Assembly (NCBI RefSeq): GCF_001194135.2
Contig: NC_068983.1
Coordinates: 13,248,792-13,292,207 of the forward strand
Direction of reading: 5' to 3'
Length of the DNA: 43,416 nucleotides
From: Octopus bimaculoides
Taxonomy: Eukaryota
Shown here: positions 1 to 11,010 of the stretch, piece by piece
Numbering within the stretch: position 1 is the first letter of the stretch
How the letters are laid out: every line of letters starts with the position of its first letter
Translations under genes and position numbers: made by a program
The notes under the pieces: generated by a model
Told to the model about the DNA's origin: nothing
The model's database searches: none
What the model saw: only the letters and a program-made list of their open reading frames with translations

Positions 1-39
<39 letters not shown>

Positions 40-42
40 ATA
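1..42. repeat. (TA)n microsatellite
   Basis: Directly visible TA dinucleotide run. Confidence 0.95.
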
Positions 43-1277
43 TATGCGATGCGGATCCTTCATTTCGTTCACTTACTGTCTATTGCTGATTTGCACATTT
101 CAGAAAATGTCAGCGTTGGTGCTGCTGCTTTTTCTATTTTTAGTCGGTTATAAAACTAAAATAATGAAATAACTTACTTGATGAAAACTGTCAGATGTTA
201 ATAGAACTTTAACACTGTATTCATTAAACAGTTAAAAGCCATTTTCTAATCAACACTTCAATGGAAGTCGTTTACACTTGCCACTGTTTCAATCACACAT
301 CGTCCGTTAGCTCATTATTAAATGCTTCGTTGAAACAATACTTACTTCGTGTGATTACGTTGTCATTTATTTTGATTACTCTTGTTATTGTTATTATTTT
401 ACTTAATTGTAAATGGCTTTAGAGCTACTTTTGACTTTATTCTTCGTTCTTCTTTCAGTATGAGTTATGCGCAATAATTACCATTTACAAATATTCGAAC
501 TAAAAGAGATGTATAGAATAAAAACAAAGCTAATACTCTAAAAGGAGAAAGCAGGCGAGAAAGAAATACATTTATTGTTGCTTTTAATGGGGAGAAATCT
601 GTTTTTATGGAGATATCGCAATTACTAATCAAACTTTATTAATATTTAACAATATGCATTAATTTAGATGGATTCTAATGTAGAGTTAACTGTAAATACG
701 GTGAAATGTATACATACTTAAACGGCAGCCGCCAATAACATGCTTTAATGCAATTTAAAGATATTTCCACTAAAATCAATTAAATTTCAAAACGCGTCTC
801 GCCTTACCAAGAATATCAGTGGAACTATATGCACACAACAATTTCATGCTTATAATTCCAATTTATATTTCTGACATTCTCTGGCTTATGTCCGTATGAT
901 ATAAAGTAACTGCTGTTGTTTAACTCTGGGCCAGTCTTCCAGGCTTATGATTTTTTAGTATGCCAGTTATTTTCTCGAACACCTATAATTAAAAACATAC
1001 CACTTGTGACTATCTAGCCTTCATTTAGTTTTAGAATACCAAAAACTACATTATTTTATATAACTTTACTTGAGATTTAATTATTATTTCTAATCTAATC
1101 TCGATCAAACGGATATATCTTCTTTAGAAACGGCTCTCCTGAACCACGTAAAAAGGTTATAAATAAAAGGGGATTTTCATTTCGGCCTAATATAATTTTA
1201 TTGGAAAACTTCATGATAGACAATCATTAATCAGGAGCTATAACACCGAATGATATACTTCTGTGATCGTATATTAG

Positions 1278-1488
1278 TTTCAAATGTTGGCACAAGGCCC
1301 ATAATTTCGGAAGAGACGTCAAGTCGATTATATCGGCCCCAGTGTTCAAAGGGCATTTATTTTATCGAACACGAAAAGCTGAAAGGCAAATTCGACCTCT
1401 GCGGAATTTGAATTCAGAATATAAAGACAGACGAAATGCCGCTTAGTATTTTGCCCGGCGAGCTTAACGATTCTCTCAGTTCGCCAGC
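1278..1488 (-). mobile_element. tRNA-derived SINE, family B (Nin/Deu-domain-like body), short-tail variant, degenerate
   Basis: Reverse complement aligns to the better copies at 23485-23730 and 14462-14682: GCAGAATCGTTAG head, GAGTTCAAATTCCGCCGAGGTCGAC B-box region, CCTTTCGGGGTCGATAAA-TAAGTACCAG body, GGCCTTGTGCC tail. Confidence 0.8.
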
Positions 1489-1527
1489 ATTTTGCGATCG
1501 AATATTCCTTTCTGCCTTTCTACCATA

Positions 1528-1730
1528 AACACAAGGCCTTAACTTTTAGGGAAAGGAGTAAGTCGACTGCATTGATCTCAGTATCCAACTGGTATTTATT
1601 TTATCTTTCCCTGCTGGATGAAATACAATGTCGAACTCGGCGAAATTGAACATACTAAAGATAAAGACGGACGAAGTGCTGTTAAGCATTTTGCTTGTGC
1701 GTGCTAAAGATTCTGTCAGGTCACCGCCTT
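1528..1730 (-). mobile_element. SINE family B copy, degenerate
   Basis: Same head, body and tail motifs as the other B copies, in reverse orientation; ends in AAGGCGGTGACCTGACAGAATC. Confidence 0.8.
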
Positions 1731-2480
1731 TCTGTGACCGAATATTGAGATACTGTATTATCGTTGTTGCTTCACCACAAATTAACCCAGATCCAGAAGA
1801 TATATGACCAGTTACTCCAGTCATGACAATCTTGTCTCTTCTGGTTGAGGATGACTGTATTACGAAATATTTCCTTTCTAAGACGGTAGCGGCGTAATCG
1901 GACAGCGATTCGGTTGATACTACTAGCAAGTCGAGGGACTAATTAAAGGGGCCTTATTTGCTCAATCGGCATTTGTATGAGGGGCGCGATACAAGTGTAT
2001 AATAATGTTTTTTAGGGCAGCTAAGGACTTTGTCAATTAAATTTAGTTCTCCATGACACAAGGCATCATCTTCTAATTTATAACCACTCCATTGTGAAGC
2101 AAATTTGCCTTGACCCATTGGTATTTCCTCTTCTGTTGTTAAATGAAATTCGTCTCTGTGATGGATAATATCGACTTCCTGCAGTCTCAAGAAGAGCATA
2201 TTATTAGTACTGATATAAGAGTTACAGTAAAAATGTGCAATACTTCACTGGAAATAATCTGTAGATAATTTTGAAAATTTTGCACATATTAATTTAATAA
2301 ATGTGAATATGTTATTAGTCTCGGCATCGATTCTGAACTAAAACGCGAATTAAAATATAATAAAATATATTACAGTAAGGAGGCAAAATGTAGTAATTTT
2401 CCATGCTGAAGATAGAAATCAATATATTTTGTAAATATTTCGATTTGAAATAGGAATATTAGACAATAAAAGGAAATATG

Positions 2481-2626
2481 TATTTCTTTATTGCCCACAG
2501 GTGGCTAAACATAGAGGGGACAAACAAGGACAGACAAAGGGATTAAGTAGATTACACCGACCCCAGTGTGTAACTGGTACTTATTTAATCGACCCCGAAA
2601 GGGTGAAAGTCAAAGTCGACCTCGGG
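2481..2626 (-). mobile_element. SINE family B, long-tail variant, 5'-truncated
   Basis: Near-identical to 18995-19140 and to the reverse complement of 23590-23722 (TATTTCTTTATTGCCCACAGG...GGACAAACAAGGACAGACAAAGGGATTAAG). Confidence 0.9.
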
Positions 2627-3984
2627 GCTCACCTCAGTGTTAAGGACAACGAAGCAGAAAAACACAAATCCTTTCTCGCTGCTAGCTACTCTTCAGTAAA
2701 TCTCGAATAAATGGGATTCCCTCGTGAACATCCCAATTTCTTTTCAACGCTGCTCCTTATATTCAAGATGATGAAACATGATTGGAAAAAGCCTTAGTGA
2801 AATTTCAAAGGAATTAAGCAACCTCGTAGCGTGTCTCATGAAATATGTTAACCAGATTTTCAAATAATTAACAGTGCGTTTCGTTGTGAATGAAACCAGG
2901 TTCATACAACACTAATTTTATTCAGAGTCCAGATAGACGAGAAATAGCATCGATCATTTTCTTTTTCCGATAGTCAAGGTTGGTGTGAGAACTTGTCGAA
3001 AGGTTTTCCTCAGTGTGGATTCCGGCAAAAGATATGGGGTTGCATGAAACCGGATTTACTATTCCCCCGAGGAATTTCCACACGTTTTAAGTTGGTTGAA
3101 TGCCACACGAAGCTTTGAATGAACCTGACTGAGGATACCATTGAAAACATTTACCCTACTTCCCTTTAAGATCTTCAGCACTTTGGCTGACACAAAACGA
3201 TGTAAAAACAACAAAATGTATGTCGTAACAACATAGCCATTTTCTAACATTTTCTAAAGGTTCTTGAGAACTTTGATCATACAGGATGTGCGCATTTGTA
3301 AGTGTGCTGCAATTTCTTGACTTTTGAAAGAAAAAATACAGTGTAATATAACTTCATTTTATGGATGTTAGGGCCGTTAGAGTTAACACCAAATAAATCA
3401 TTATTTCTTAGAAAAATAAGCGATGCGATGAAGTTGCCTATATTTTTTTATTCATTTTTTTATTCACTTATTTTCTCACAGAAATTTGTTTAGGTTTTTA
3501 TGATGTTACATTAAATTAAATTGTAGAATCTCATGCCAAAATCTAGTGTAGTATTTTATCAATAGATCTATCGTTTGGTTGGATGAATCCTGTTATGAGA
3601 AACGTAAAAATGTGTGAAGTGTGGCTTATAAACTATAGTAGACCAAAGATGGCAAAAAATTTACTCAGATAATATTTAGTGTTTAAAGGAGTGGATTAAA
3701 AAATTCTCTGTAGGGTTTATTTTTTGGGTGATTCTTTTTCCCAAGCAACACATGACTTAGGATATAATAGACGTTACATGTTTACATAAAAAGAAATGTT
3801 TCACAATATATGTATATATCTGTATTTCTATATTGAGATTTGTAATATCGATGTATATCTCTTTTTTTCTTAGTGCCTGTGTATCTTTACAAGCTTATAT
3901 ATATGTATGCATGTACATATATATGTACGAATGTATGTACATATGAAGTGTGTATGTGTGTGTGGGTGTGTGTGTGATTATGTT

Positions 3985-4075
3985 GCTGCGCTCATGATCA
4001 CAAGATCGTAGGTTCGATTCTCAGACCGTCCGGGTTGTGCTCTTCAGCAAAACACTTCATTTCACTTTGCTTTGC
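3985..4075 (+). mobile_element. Degenerate SINE head (tRNA B-box plus CORE-like segment)
   Basis: B-box-like GGTTCGATTC at 4011-4020, followed by GTGCTCTTCAGCAAAACACTTCATTTCAC. Confidence 0.5.
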
Positions 4076-4689
4076 TAGTGGGAGAATGGCCGAATCGATG
4101 GCGCTCCGGGGAACACGCTTTATGATATACCTTCCATTTCTCTATATTCTGAGTTCAAATGCTACGTACCTGAAGAAGGCAAAAGGAAATCTTTCCCGGG
4201 AAAGCGGGGCTTGTCCTTTGGTTCCGTTCTCATAATTGTTTCAATAATCCAATAACAGCAATACAAAGTATGTAGCCCTTAAAATGGTTTTCTACATTTA
4301 CAGAGAATACCGAACTGTCTTACACAGGATCGTGTTTTTAGGAATTCCCAATAAGTTATGAATACCCAAATTATGAAGTCAGTTATGTAATAATATGAAA
4401 TTAGTTTCCCGATAGTAAGAATTCAAATAAAGTATCCCCGAAAAGAGCTTTAATGCGTTCCCAGAGTATATAGAAGATAGGAGGAAATACTAATAAAGTA
4501 TGTATACTAAAATCGTGAAGCATGTTATGCAATAACAGGCTAATCAGATGTGAGATAATAACAATTCAAAGTAAATAACTCTGCAAAGAGCTGTTGTGTG
4601 TTCCCAGAGAATATTACCCTCAGAGGCGCTAGTGTTGCTATATTCGTGAATAAGTCACTAACTGAAATAAGTGGATCTATTGTTTAGGA

Positions 4690-5095
4690 AAATACTATTT
4701 ACTTGTTTAAGGGTTGTACTGGATAAAGTGCGAAATTAACCCTAACAGTTCAAATAATAAGAAATAAGCATACTCAGTTTGATTTTTACCAAATAATTTA
4801 GGAAGATGAACGGGTTATTTCACTTGGCTATATATAAAGATCCCTTCTAGGGGCGGATGGGTTATTTTCCTTGGTTTTTAAAATAAGATATATTAGATAT
4901 ATAAGGATCCTTTCCAGGGGCCCTCTTATCGATGTTTTCAACAAGCTGAGTATGCCATGAGGTTTCCAGACATGAGGTCTACTAACATGTCAAGTTTCAT
5001 TAAAATCGATAAACCGATGTAAGAGGAGTTAGCTAACAACTCCACAAATACACCCACAGACGGACGCGTTAATAGATATGCATATGTATATAAAG
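4690..5095 (+). mobile_element. Probable non-autonomous DNA/Helitron-like (HINE/DINE-type) element
   Basis: Internal imperfect direct repeats (GGGTTATTTTC..TTGG...GATCC.T.C.AGGGG at about 4812 and 4859). The 3' segment AAGTTTCATTAAAATCGATAAACCG...ACAGACGGACG resembles ends of such elements. The family assignment is pattern recall only. Confidence 0.35.
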
Positions 5096-5221
5096 ATGCG
5101 CACATTATTTGTAATTGACGCCTACTTGCATGCTAGAACATTATAGGTATTCAATGCGGGATTTTGTCTCGCATAAGAACTTCCTCTCTATAGACATTAA
5201 GCTCCAAATGATATCAAAAAA

Positions 5222-5270
5222 GTATCAGGCACATTGTTTCGGCGTGACCCAGCCTCATCAGTTGCAGATA
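5222..5270 (-). ncRNA. Hammerhead-ribozyme-like motif with intact core and degenerate helix I and cleavage site
   Basis: Minus strand reads TATCTGCAA-CTGATGA-GGC tgggtcac GCC-GAAAC-AAT-GTG-CCTGATA. CUGAUGA, helix II and GAAAC are canonical, but the triplet is GUG and proximal helix I is mismatched. Confidence 0.45.
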
Positions 5271-5644
5271 ACACCTCGTTCATTCGAAGCTAGACCGGAA
5301 ATATTTATATATAGAAAAAGAAAACAGCGAACGATGCAGATGTTGCAGAATGTTTGTAGCTTTCAAAAAAAAAAGGAGTACGTACTTGGTGATGCATCCG
5401 TCTCTCCTGGACGATTGTATTCTGATTCTCTTGCATGCATTTCTGTGTTTTTCAACACAATTGGTGTATCACAGATGTTTTCTCCAGACGAATACCGTAG
5501 TGTAGCAGGTTTTTATATTGATATATGTACGTAGATGCATACATTCAAACTTATACGTATGTATATATATATATACAAAGAGAGTGGGGAAGAGCGATAA
5601 GCCATACATATATAGGTATAGTAAATATCTATCTATCCATATAG

Positions 5645-5647
<3 letters not shown>

Positions 5648-5699
<52 letters not shown>

Positions 5700-6216
5700 T
5701 GCGTGTGTATGCATATTTATGTAAATATATATATATAATAGGAAAATGAAAAAAAGGCAGAATGCTAAACTGGAAGCATATTTTAATAAAGTTTAGCATT
5801 CTGCCTTTTTTTCATTTTCCTATTATTTCTCCACGTGCGGTTAACACAACCCCACTATTTACTGACTTATATATATACATACATACATACATACATACAT
5901 ACATACATACATACATACATGTATTCATATATATCTGTATATATGTATGTACATGTATTCATATATCTGCATATAAATGTATATGCATGTGTCTATATAT
6001 ACATATATATATATATACACGTATGTATCTATCTTTCTATATAAACATACACGCACACACTTGTATATACATATACATATACATATATATATAGAGAGAG
6101 AGAGAGGGAGAGAGAGAGACAAAGAGAGAGGGAGAGGGAGAGGGAGAGAGAGAAAGAGAGAGGGAGAGAGAGAGAGAGAAAGAGAGAGGGAGAGAGAGAG
6201 AAAGAGAGAGGGAGAG

Positions 6217-6247
<31 letters not shown>

Positions 6248-6308
6248 GAAAGAGAGAGAGACAGAGAGAGAGACAGAGAGAGAGAGTGAAAGAGAGAGAT
6301 AGAGAGAT
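5648..6308. repeat. Compound microsatellite block: (TG)n, (TACA)n/(TA)n, (GA)n
   Basis: Directly visible; it explains the low-complexity ORFs in the track. Confidence 0.95.
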
Positions 6309-6447
6309 TAGTGGTACAACAAAGCACCAATGTCAACTAGAAATAGCGGTCGATACATTTACGATGCTATAGTAAAGCTTCAATGTGTATATGCTGCCAA
6401 AGACGAGTGAGAGCAGCAAACATGAAAAAATGTATTTAAATTATTTA

Positions 6448-6676
6448 ATTCGACGGTTATTTGTCCTCATCTTGTTTGTTGTTAACAGATCGCTTCGGTT
6501 GATACACCCTCCAGCCTTCTTCAGGTGTGTTGGGGAAATTTGGAACCTGGGTCCTCATTCCTAAGGTATTTTTCGATGTTATTATTATTATTATTTTTAT
6601 TCGTGTTCACATCACTGCTTGGAATCGAACTCAGAATCTTGGGTTAGTAGCCCGCGCTCTTAACCACTACACCATA
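6448..6676 (-). mobile_element. tRNA-headed SINE, family C, with a hammerhead-like (Penelope-type) 3' tail
   Basis: Minus strand: A-box TGGTGTAGTGG, anticodon-arm-like GGGCTACTAACCC, B-box GAGTTCGATTCC, (AAT)n linker, then CACAC-CTGAAGA-A-GGCTG..CAACC-GAAGCG. A second copy lies at 40080-40200. Confidence 0.85.
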
Positions 6677-6826
6677 AAAAAATTTGTCTTACCCCTAGGA
6701 AGAATTTTATATAAATGAACAATCCCAAATTGGATAATGCAATACCTAGTTTCCGAAATCTTCAAATAGGTTTGTCAATTTAAATTCGATTAGTCTTCAT
6801 GAGGTGGATTTACCTGGACAATATTT

Positions 6827-7319
6827 NNNNNNNNNNNNNNNNNNNNNNNNNNNNNNNNNNNNNNNNNNNNNNNNNNNNNNNNNNNNNNNNNNNNNNNNNN
6901 NNNNNNNNNNNNNNNNNNNNNNNNNNNNNNNNNNNNNNNNNNNNNNNNNNNNNNNNNNNNNNNNNNNNNNNNNNNNNNNNNNNNNNNNNNNNNNNNNNNN
7001 NNNNNNNNNNNNNNNNNNNNNNNNNNNNNNNNNNNNNNNNNNNNNNNNNNNNNNNNNNNNNNNNNNNNNNNNNNNNNNNNNNNNNNNNNNNNNNNNNNNN
7101 NNNNNNNNNNNNNNNNNNNNNNNNNNNNNNNNNNNNNNNNNNNNNNNNNNNNNNNNNNNNNNNNNNNNNNNNNNNNNNNNNNNNNNNNNNNNNNNNNNNN
7201 NNNNNNNNNNNNNNNNNNNNNNNNNNNNNNNNNNNNNNNNNNNNNNNNNNNNNNNNNNNNNNNNNNNNNNNNNNNNNNNNNNNNNNNNNNNNNNNNNNNN
7301 NNNNNNNNNNNNNNNNNNN
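6827..7319. other. Assembly gap (N run)
   Basis: Run of N. Confidence 1.
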
Positions 7320-7789
7320 ATATATATATAGATACATACATACATCATACATGCATGCACATATTCAAGCATTTATACACACATATACACATACATACAA
7401 ACATACATACATGCATACATACATAGTTACACATGTATGTATGTATGTTTATATGTGTGTGTAAGTGTGTGCATGTAAATGTGCATACGTGTATATTCAC
7501 GTACATGTTTTCTTGTGGAATGAAATATTTTACATTTCATTGTAGCATTTAAAAAAGCAATTAAATTTAATCCTCTGATCTGTTTCTTACATTAATCTAT
7601 AATAAATCACTAATTAGAAGCTGCTTTTTGCAACTCATTACCATATAATCTGTGTAGTTCATAATTAACTATGAATTTAATCAACAAAACGATGTTTCAT
7701 CAAAGAAGAACGCCTTTAAGCTTGCCTTCACATAACATGTGAGCCTGAAGACTGGTTTCCAAATATTTAAAAATCATTCGATTCTATGC

Positions 7790-8115
7790 AAATTGTAGGT
7801 GAAGTGTGACCGAATAGTTTAAAATTTCACTTCATAACCACTAGTTTCCGAGTTCGATCTAGCTGCTTTGATGTTTTAGCTTCTGTCTGTCCACTCTGAG
7901 GGGTTTGGGGCAGCTGGCATGTTATAGAAACTAGTCTAGTGGATTGTACCTGTAATTCGGAAATACTGTCCTCACATATATACTGCGTTACACAGATTCT
8001 GACTAGAAAATTATGCTAAGGGTATACGTGATTGCGGGAGCTCAACCATTTCAACACCAATTCAGGAGCAGGTAAGTTAGCTGATCTAACTACTTATCCC
8101 GATTTATCGAACAAC
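7790..8115 (+). mobile_element. Old degenerate SINE with an A-like head and a family-D tail
   Basis: The head (ACCACTAGTTTCCGAGTTCGATC) matches 10930-11010. Segment 8005-8105 (TATGCTAAGGGTATACGTG...CAGGAGCAGG) aligns with the D tail at 31090-31190 (TACGTTAAGGGTACACGTG...CACGAGCAGG). Confidence 0.55.
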
Positions 8116-8241
8116 TGATACCTAGCATCTTCATTCTACACAAAAACAAAGCGAGAGTCATCTGACGGAATGTTGTGATTTCTCATCAAACAAAATGCTT
8201 CACGTTTTTCTTTTTATTTTCTGGTATGATTTTCTTTTCAG

Positions 8242-8290
8242 ATGTGCAAAGGCGGAGTTCATAACGTTAATTTGAAACCTTCCGTAACTG
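8242..8290 (+). other. Candidate 49-nt spliced exon, unverified
   Basis: Acceptor TTTTCTTTTCAG| and donor CTG|GTGAGT; only one frame is open (MCKGGVHNVNLKPSVT). No homology recognised. Confidence 0.3.
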
Positions 8291-8388
8291 GTGAGTGGAA
8301 CGTAGGAAGGACGTTATCGTCCAAAATTATCGATCGCAAGGACAATACGTTATCCATTAAGACACACGTTCACATAAGGCAAAAACCA

Positions 8389-9641
8389 TCAGGTCATTAA
8401 GAATGAAATGTCCGATTTTGAACTGAAAGTTTAATTTAATTCATCTCAACAAAAAGCAATGCAGTTAATCAAATTTTGCACCTAAATTATCAACACAATT
8501 TTGCCATTTTATCGGTAGATGGAGAGCAAGAGGTGATGCAAGCACGAAAGGCTGCTTTTGCATCTTCTTGATATTTGAAGATCTTCTTCGCAAAATGTTG
8601 TCTAATGTCTGGAAAACGTGATAATTGGTGCAAAGTCTGGTGAGTTTGGTGGATGACTGAGTACTTCCAAGCTCAGTTCCTGTAACTTGAGTAGCATTCT
8701 TTATACAACATGTGGTCGAGCATTGTCTTGCAAGAGGATTGGCCTGATTCTATTGATCAATCGCGGTTGTTTAGTTGCAAGTTCACTCATGATTTCATCC
8801 TACTGGTTGATGTATACATCCGCAGTAATTGAATTACCGGGTCTTATGAAGCTATATTGGATGACACCAGCGCAGGACCATCAAACAGACGCTATTAGCT
8901 TTTTTTGGTGAATGTTCTTTTTGGATTGTGTTTTGGCACTTCATCTTTATCCAACCGCCTTGCAGAACGCTTGATATTGTTGAAAAGAATGCATTTTTCA
9001 TCGCGCGTAACAATACGATACAAAAATGGTTCGCTTTTATGCCGTGACAGCAAAGAACAGCAAGTATCAAGACCACGTATCATTTGACACTCGTTCAGCT
9101 CGTGTGGTACCCAATTGTCCACCTTCTTTATTTTGCATATTTGTTTCAGATTGTCCAATACAGTTGCAACCGAAACATCAAACTTTGCTGCTAACTCACG
9201 CGTAATTTCACATATATCTGCTTCTACTACAGTTTCCAGGTCATCATTATCCACCTTGGTCTCTGGTCTACCACGGGGTTCATTTTCAAGAGTAAAGTCA
9301 CCAGACCGGAACTTCTCAAACCATCGATGTACAGTGCGCTCATTCGCCACATCTTCACCAAATACGTCCTTGATGTTTCGAGATGTCTGGGATGTATTTG
9401 TTCCGTGACGGAACTTATATTCATAACCAGCACGAAATTTTTATCCATACACGGGTTCACAAAAATTGATTTACAAGAGAAAACTAATAATATAATGAGA
9501 CACCATGAATTATACTTCAAAAAGTGTTAATGTAACTCGTCAATGTTGTAAAACAAAAAATTGCCTGGATAAAACATTAGAGTTAACGATTGTCACACTT
9601 AGTGCATAAGAAAATCAAATGTTTCATTCCTAATGACATGA
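8389..9641 (-). mobile_element. Full-length (about 1.25 kb) mariner DNA transposon, cecropia/Hsmar1-like, inactive
   Basis: Imperfect TIRs: TCAGGTCATTAAGAATGAAATGTCCGATTTT at 8389 versus reverse complement TCATGTCATTAGGAATGAAACATTTGATTTT ending at 9641. TA follows the right end (9642-9643) and CA precedes the left end. Encloses a transposase pseudogene. Confidence 0.9.
8465..9448 (-). pseudogene. Mariner transposase pseudogene (frameshifts, deletions)
   Basis: Translations give ANERTVHRWFEKFRSGDFTLENEPRGRP (HTH), WVPHEL, RIVTRDEK (first D), PILLQDNARPH (second D), HPPNSPDFAP (YSPDL-like) and C-terminal KWQNCVDNLGAKFD*. Confidence 0.92.
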
Positions 9642-9744
9642 TACATGGAAATCACCAATGGATTTTGTGTTTAAGAGCTTTAGTGGTGAGGGTATGTAAA
9701 TGCATATATGTACCATTTTATTAACTGCCATACTAATCTAACAA

Positions 9745-9918
9745 GTTGGAACAATCGTTTGTCCGCCGCACAAAATGCTTACTGGCATTTTCGTTTTGAG
9801 TTCAAATTCCGCCGAGATCGATATTTTTTTCTTTTTATCCCTTTTGGGATCGATGAAATACGTACCATTTGTGCTCTGGCATCGATGTTGTTGATTAGTT
9901 CATCCTGCCCAATTTCGG
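9745..9918 (+). mobile_element. SINE family B, degenerate
   Basis: GAGTTCAAATTCCGCCGAGATCGA and CCTTTTGGGATCGATGAAATACGTACCA match the B consensus. Confidence 0.75.
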
Positions 9919-10707
9919 TTTAAGTGTCTAATGTTGAAAGGATTATCTTTCAAATGCTTCAGTATCTTGGATGTCTAAAGGCTGACCCAGAATTGTTGCC
10001 AGTGTCAAAATGGCTGAGATCTCATTCGTTTAAGTGCCATAGTGACGAGGAGGTGCTGGGGTTACATTGTATGTAAATTTACTATGATAATAAAATGATG
10101 TGGCTGTGTCATTCATTCTTTGCCAGAGAGTATCAAAGGTATTTTGATGCATCTTTCACAAATAATGTCAGATTTAATCCTACTGCGCAGTGATATGTAG
10201 AAGTGTTTTACTACTTTAGCCTCGGATCAGTGAAATTCTTTTGAGTGAAGTATTGTACACAATGGATCAATTCAGAAGTAACATTTCATTTTTAGGGTTG
10301 GTAGACTCAATAAATTACCAAGCTAAACATCATTAACTAGCTCTTAAGTGGCCTTAGTAAGACCCACTTTGCCGCAACACATTCATGCTCCTAAATTCTG
10401 AGACATTTGTGTAGAGGCTGAAGAAATCCAACATGTGGTGAAGTAAGATGGTGGTAAAAGTAGACACAGAAGAAAAAAAATACCTATTCGTATCGAATCT
10501 CGCGGTTTTACGAGTTGTATAGATTTTGTATAGATTCACGCTGCAGTTGACATTTCGTGGGTCGATAAAATAAATATCCGATATCCACTTTGTTTCTTGA
10601 CTCTATCGACCACTTTGAAGTTTTGCAATTTTTGCACTTACGCAAGTTAAGTGAGGAAAACTGCACTGGTAAATATTTTGCATACTTATTTTGAGGTCAC
10701 GGGCATT

Positions 10708-10752
<45 letters not shown>

Positions 10753-10800
10753 GCATACATACATACTAAAAAAAAATAGTGAAGAAACACATATTTACAA

Positions 10801-10838
<38 letters not shown>
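10708..10838. repeat. (GATA)n and (TA)n microsatellites
   Basis: Directly visible. Confidence 0.95.
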
Positions 10839-10841
<3 letters not shown>

Positions 10842-10929
10842 TGTATGTTTATATACGTATGAGATTTTGCACGTGAACGTGCGTATGTGTATATACGCAT
10901 ATATTTTAAAATAATTCTATTCTACGCAA

Positions 10930-11010
10930 AATGTAAGTGCAGTGTGACTAAATGATTTAAAATTCCGCTTTGCAATCACTAGTTTCCGAGTTCGATCGCA
11001 CTGTATGGTT
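10930..11010 (+). mobile_element. Degenerate tRNA-like SINE head
   Basis: Similar to 7790-7870; B-box-like GAGTTCGATC. Confidence 0.5.

Noticed and set aside
4165-4200. CTGAAGA...GAAA hammerhead-like words (also near 2405, 7745 and 10408)
   Set aside because: No helix II, helix I or cleavage triplet in the right geometry; such words are expected by chance.
5469-6372. ORFs such as poly-HT, poly-ER, poly-SL and poly-YI (also 17156-17444, 25719-25967, 37098-37535 in part, 42642-42875)
   Set aside because: They are translations of microsatellites, not genes.
6600-6676. tRNA gene calls for SINE heads (also 33313-33385 and 36477-36540)
   Set aside because: There is no complete acceptor stem or cloverleaf, and each continues into a repeat body, so they are SINE heads.
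6790-7464. Long ORFs spanning N runs (also 15307-16259, 17362-18414, 19199-20000, 39165-39590)
   Set aside because: They are open only because N codons contain no stops; these are assembly-gap artefacts.
9990-10060. SKWLRSHSFKCHSDEEVL, faintly like a mariner C-terminus
   Set aside because: There are no flanking mariner motifs and the match is too short.
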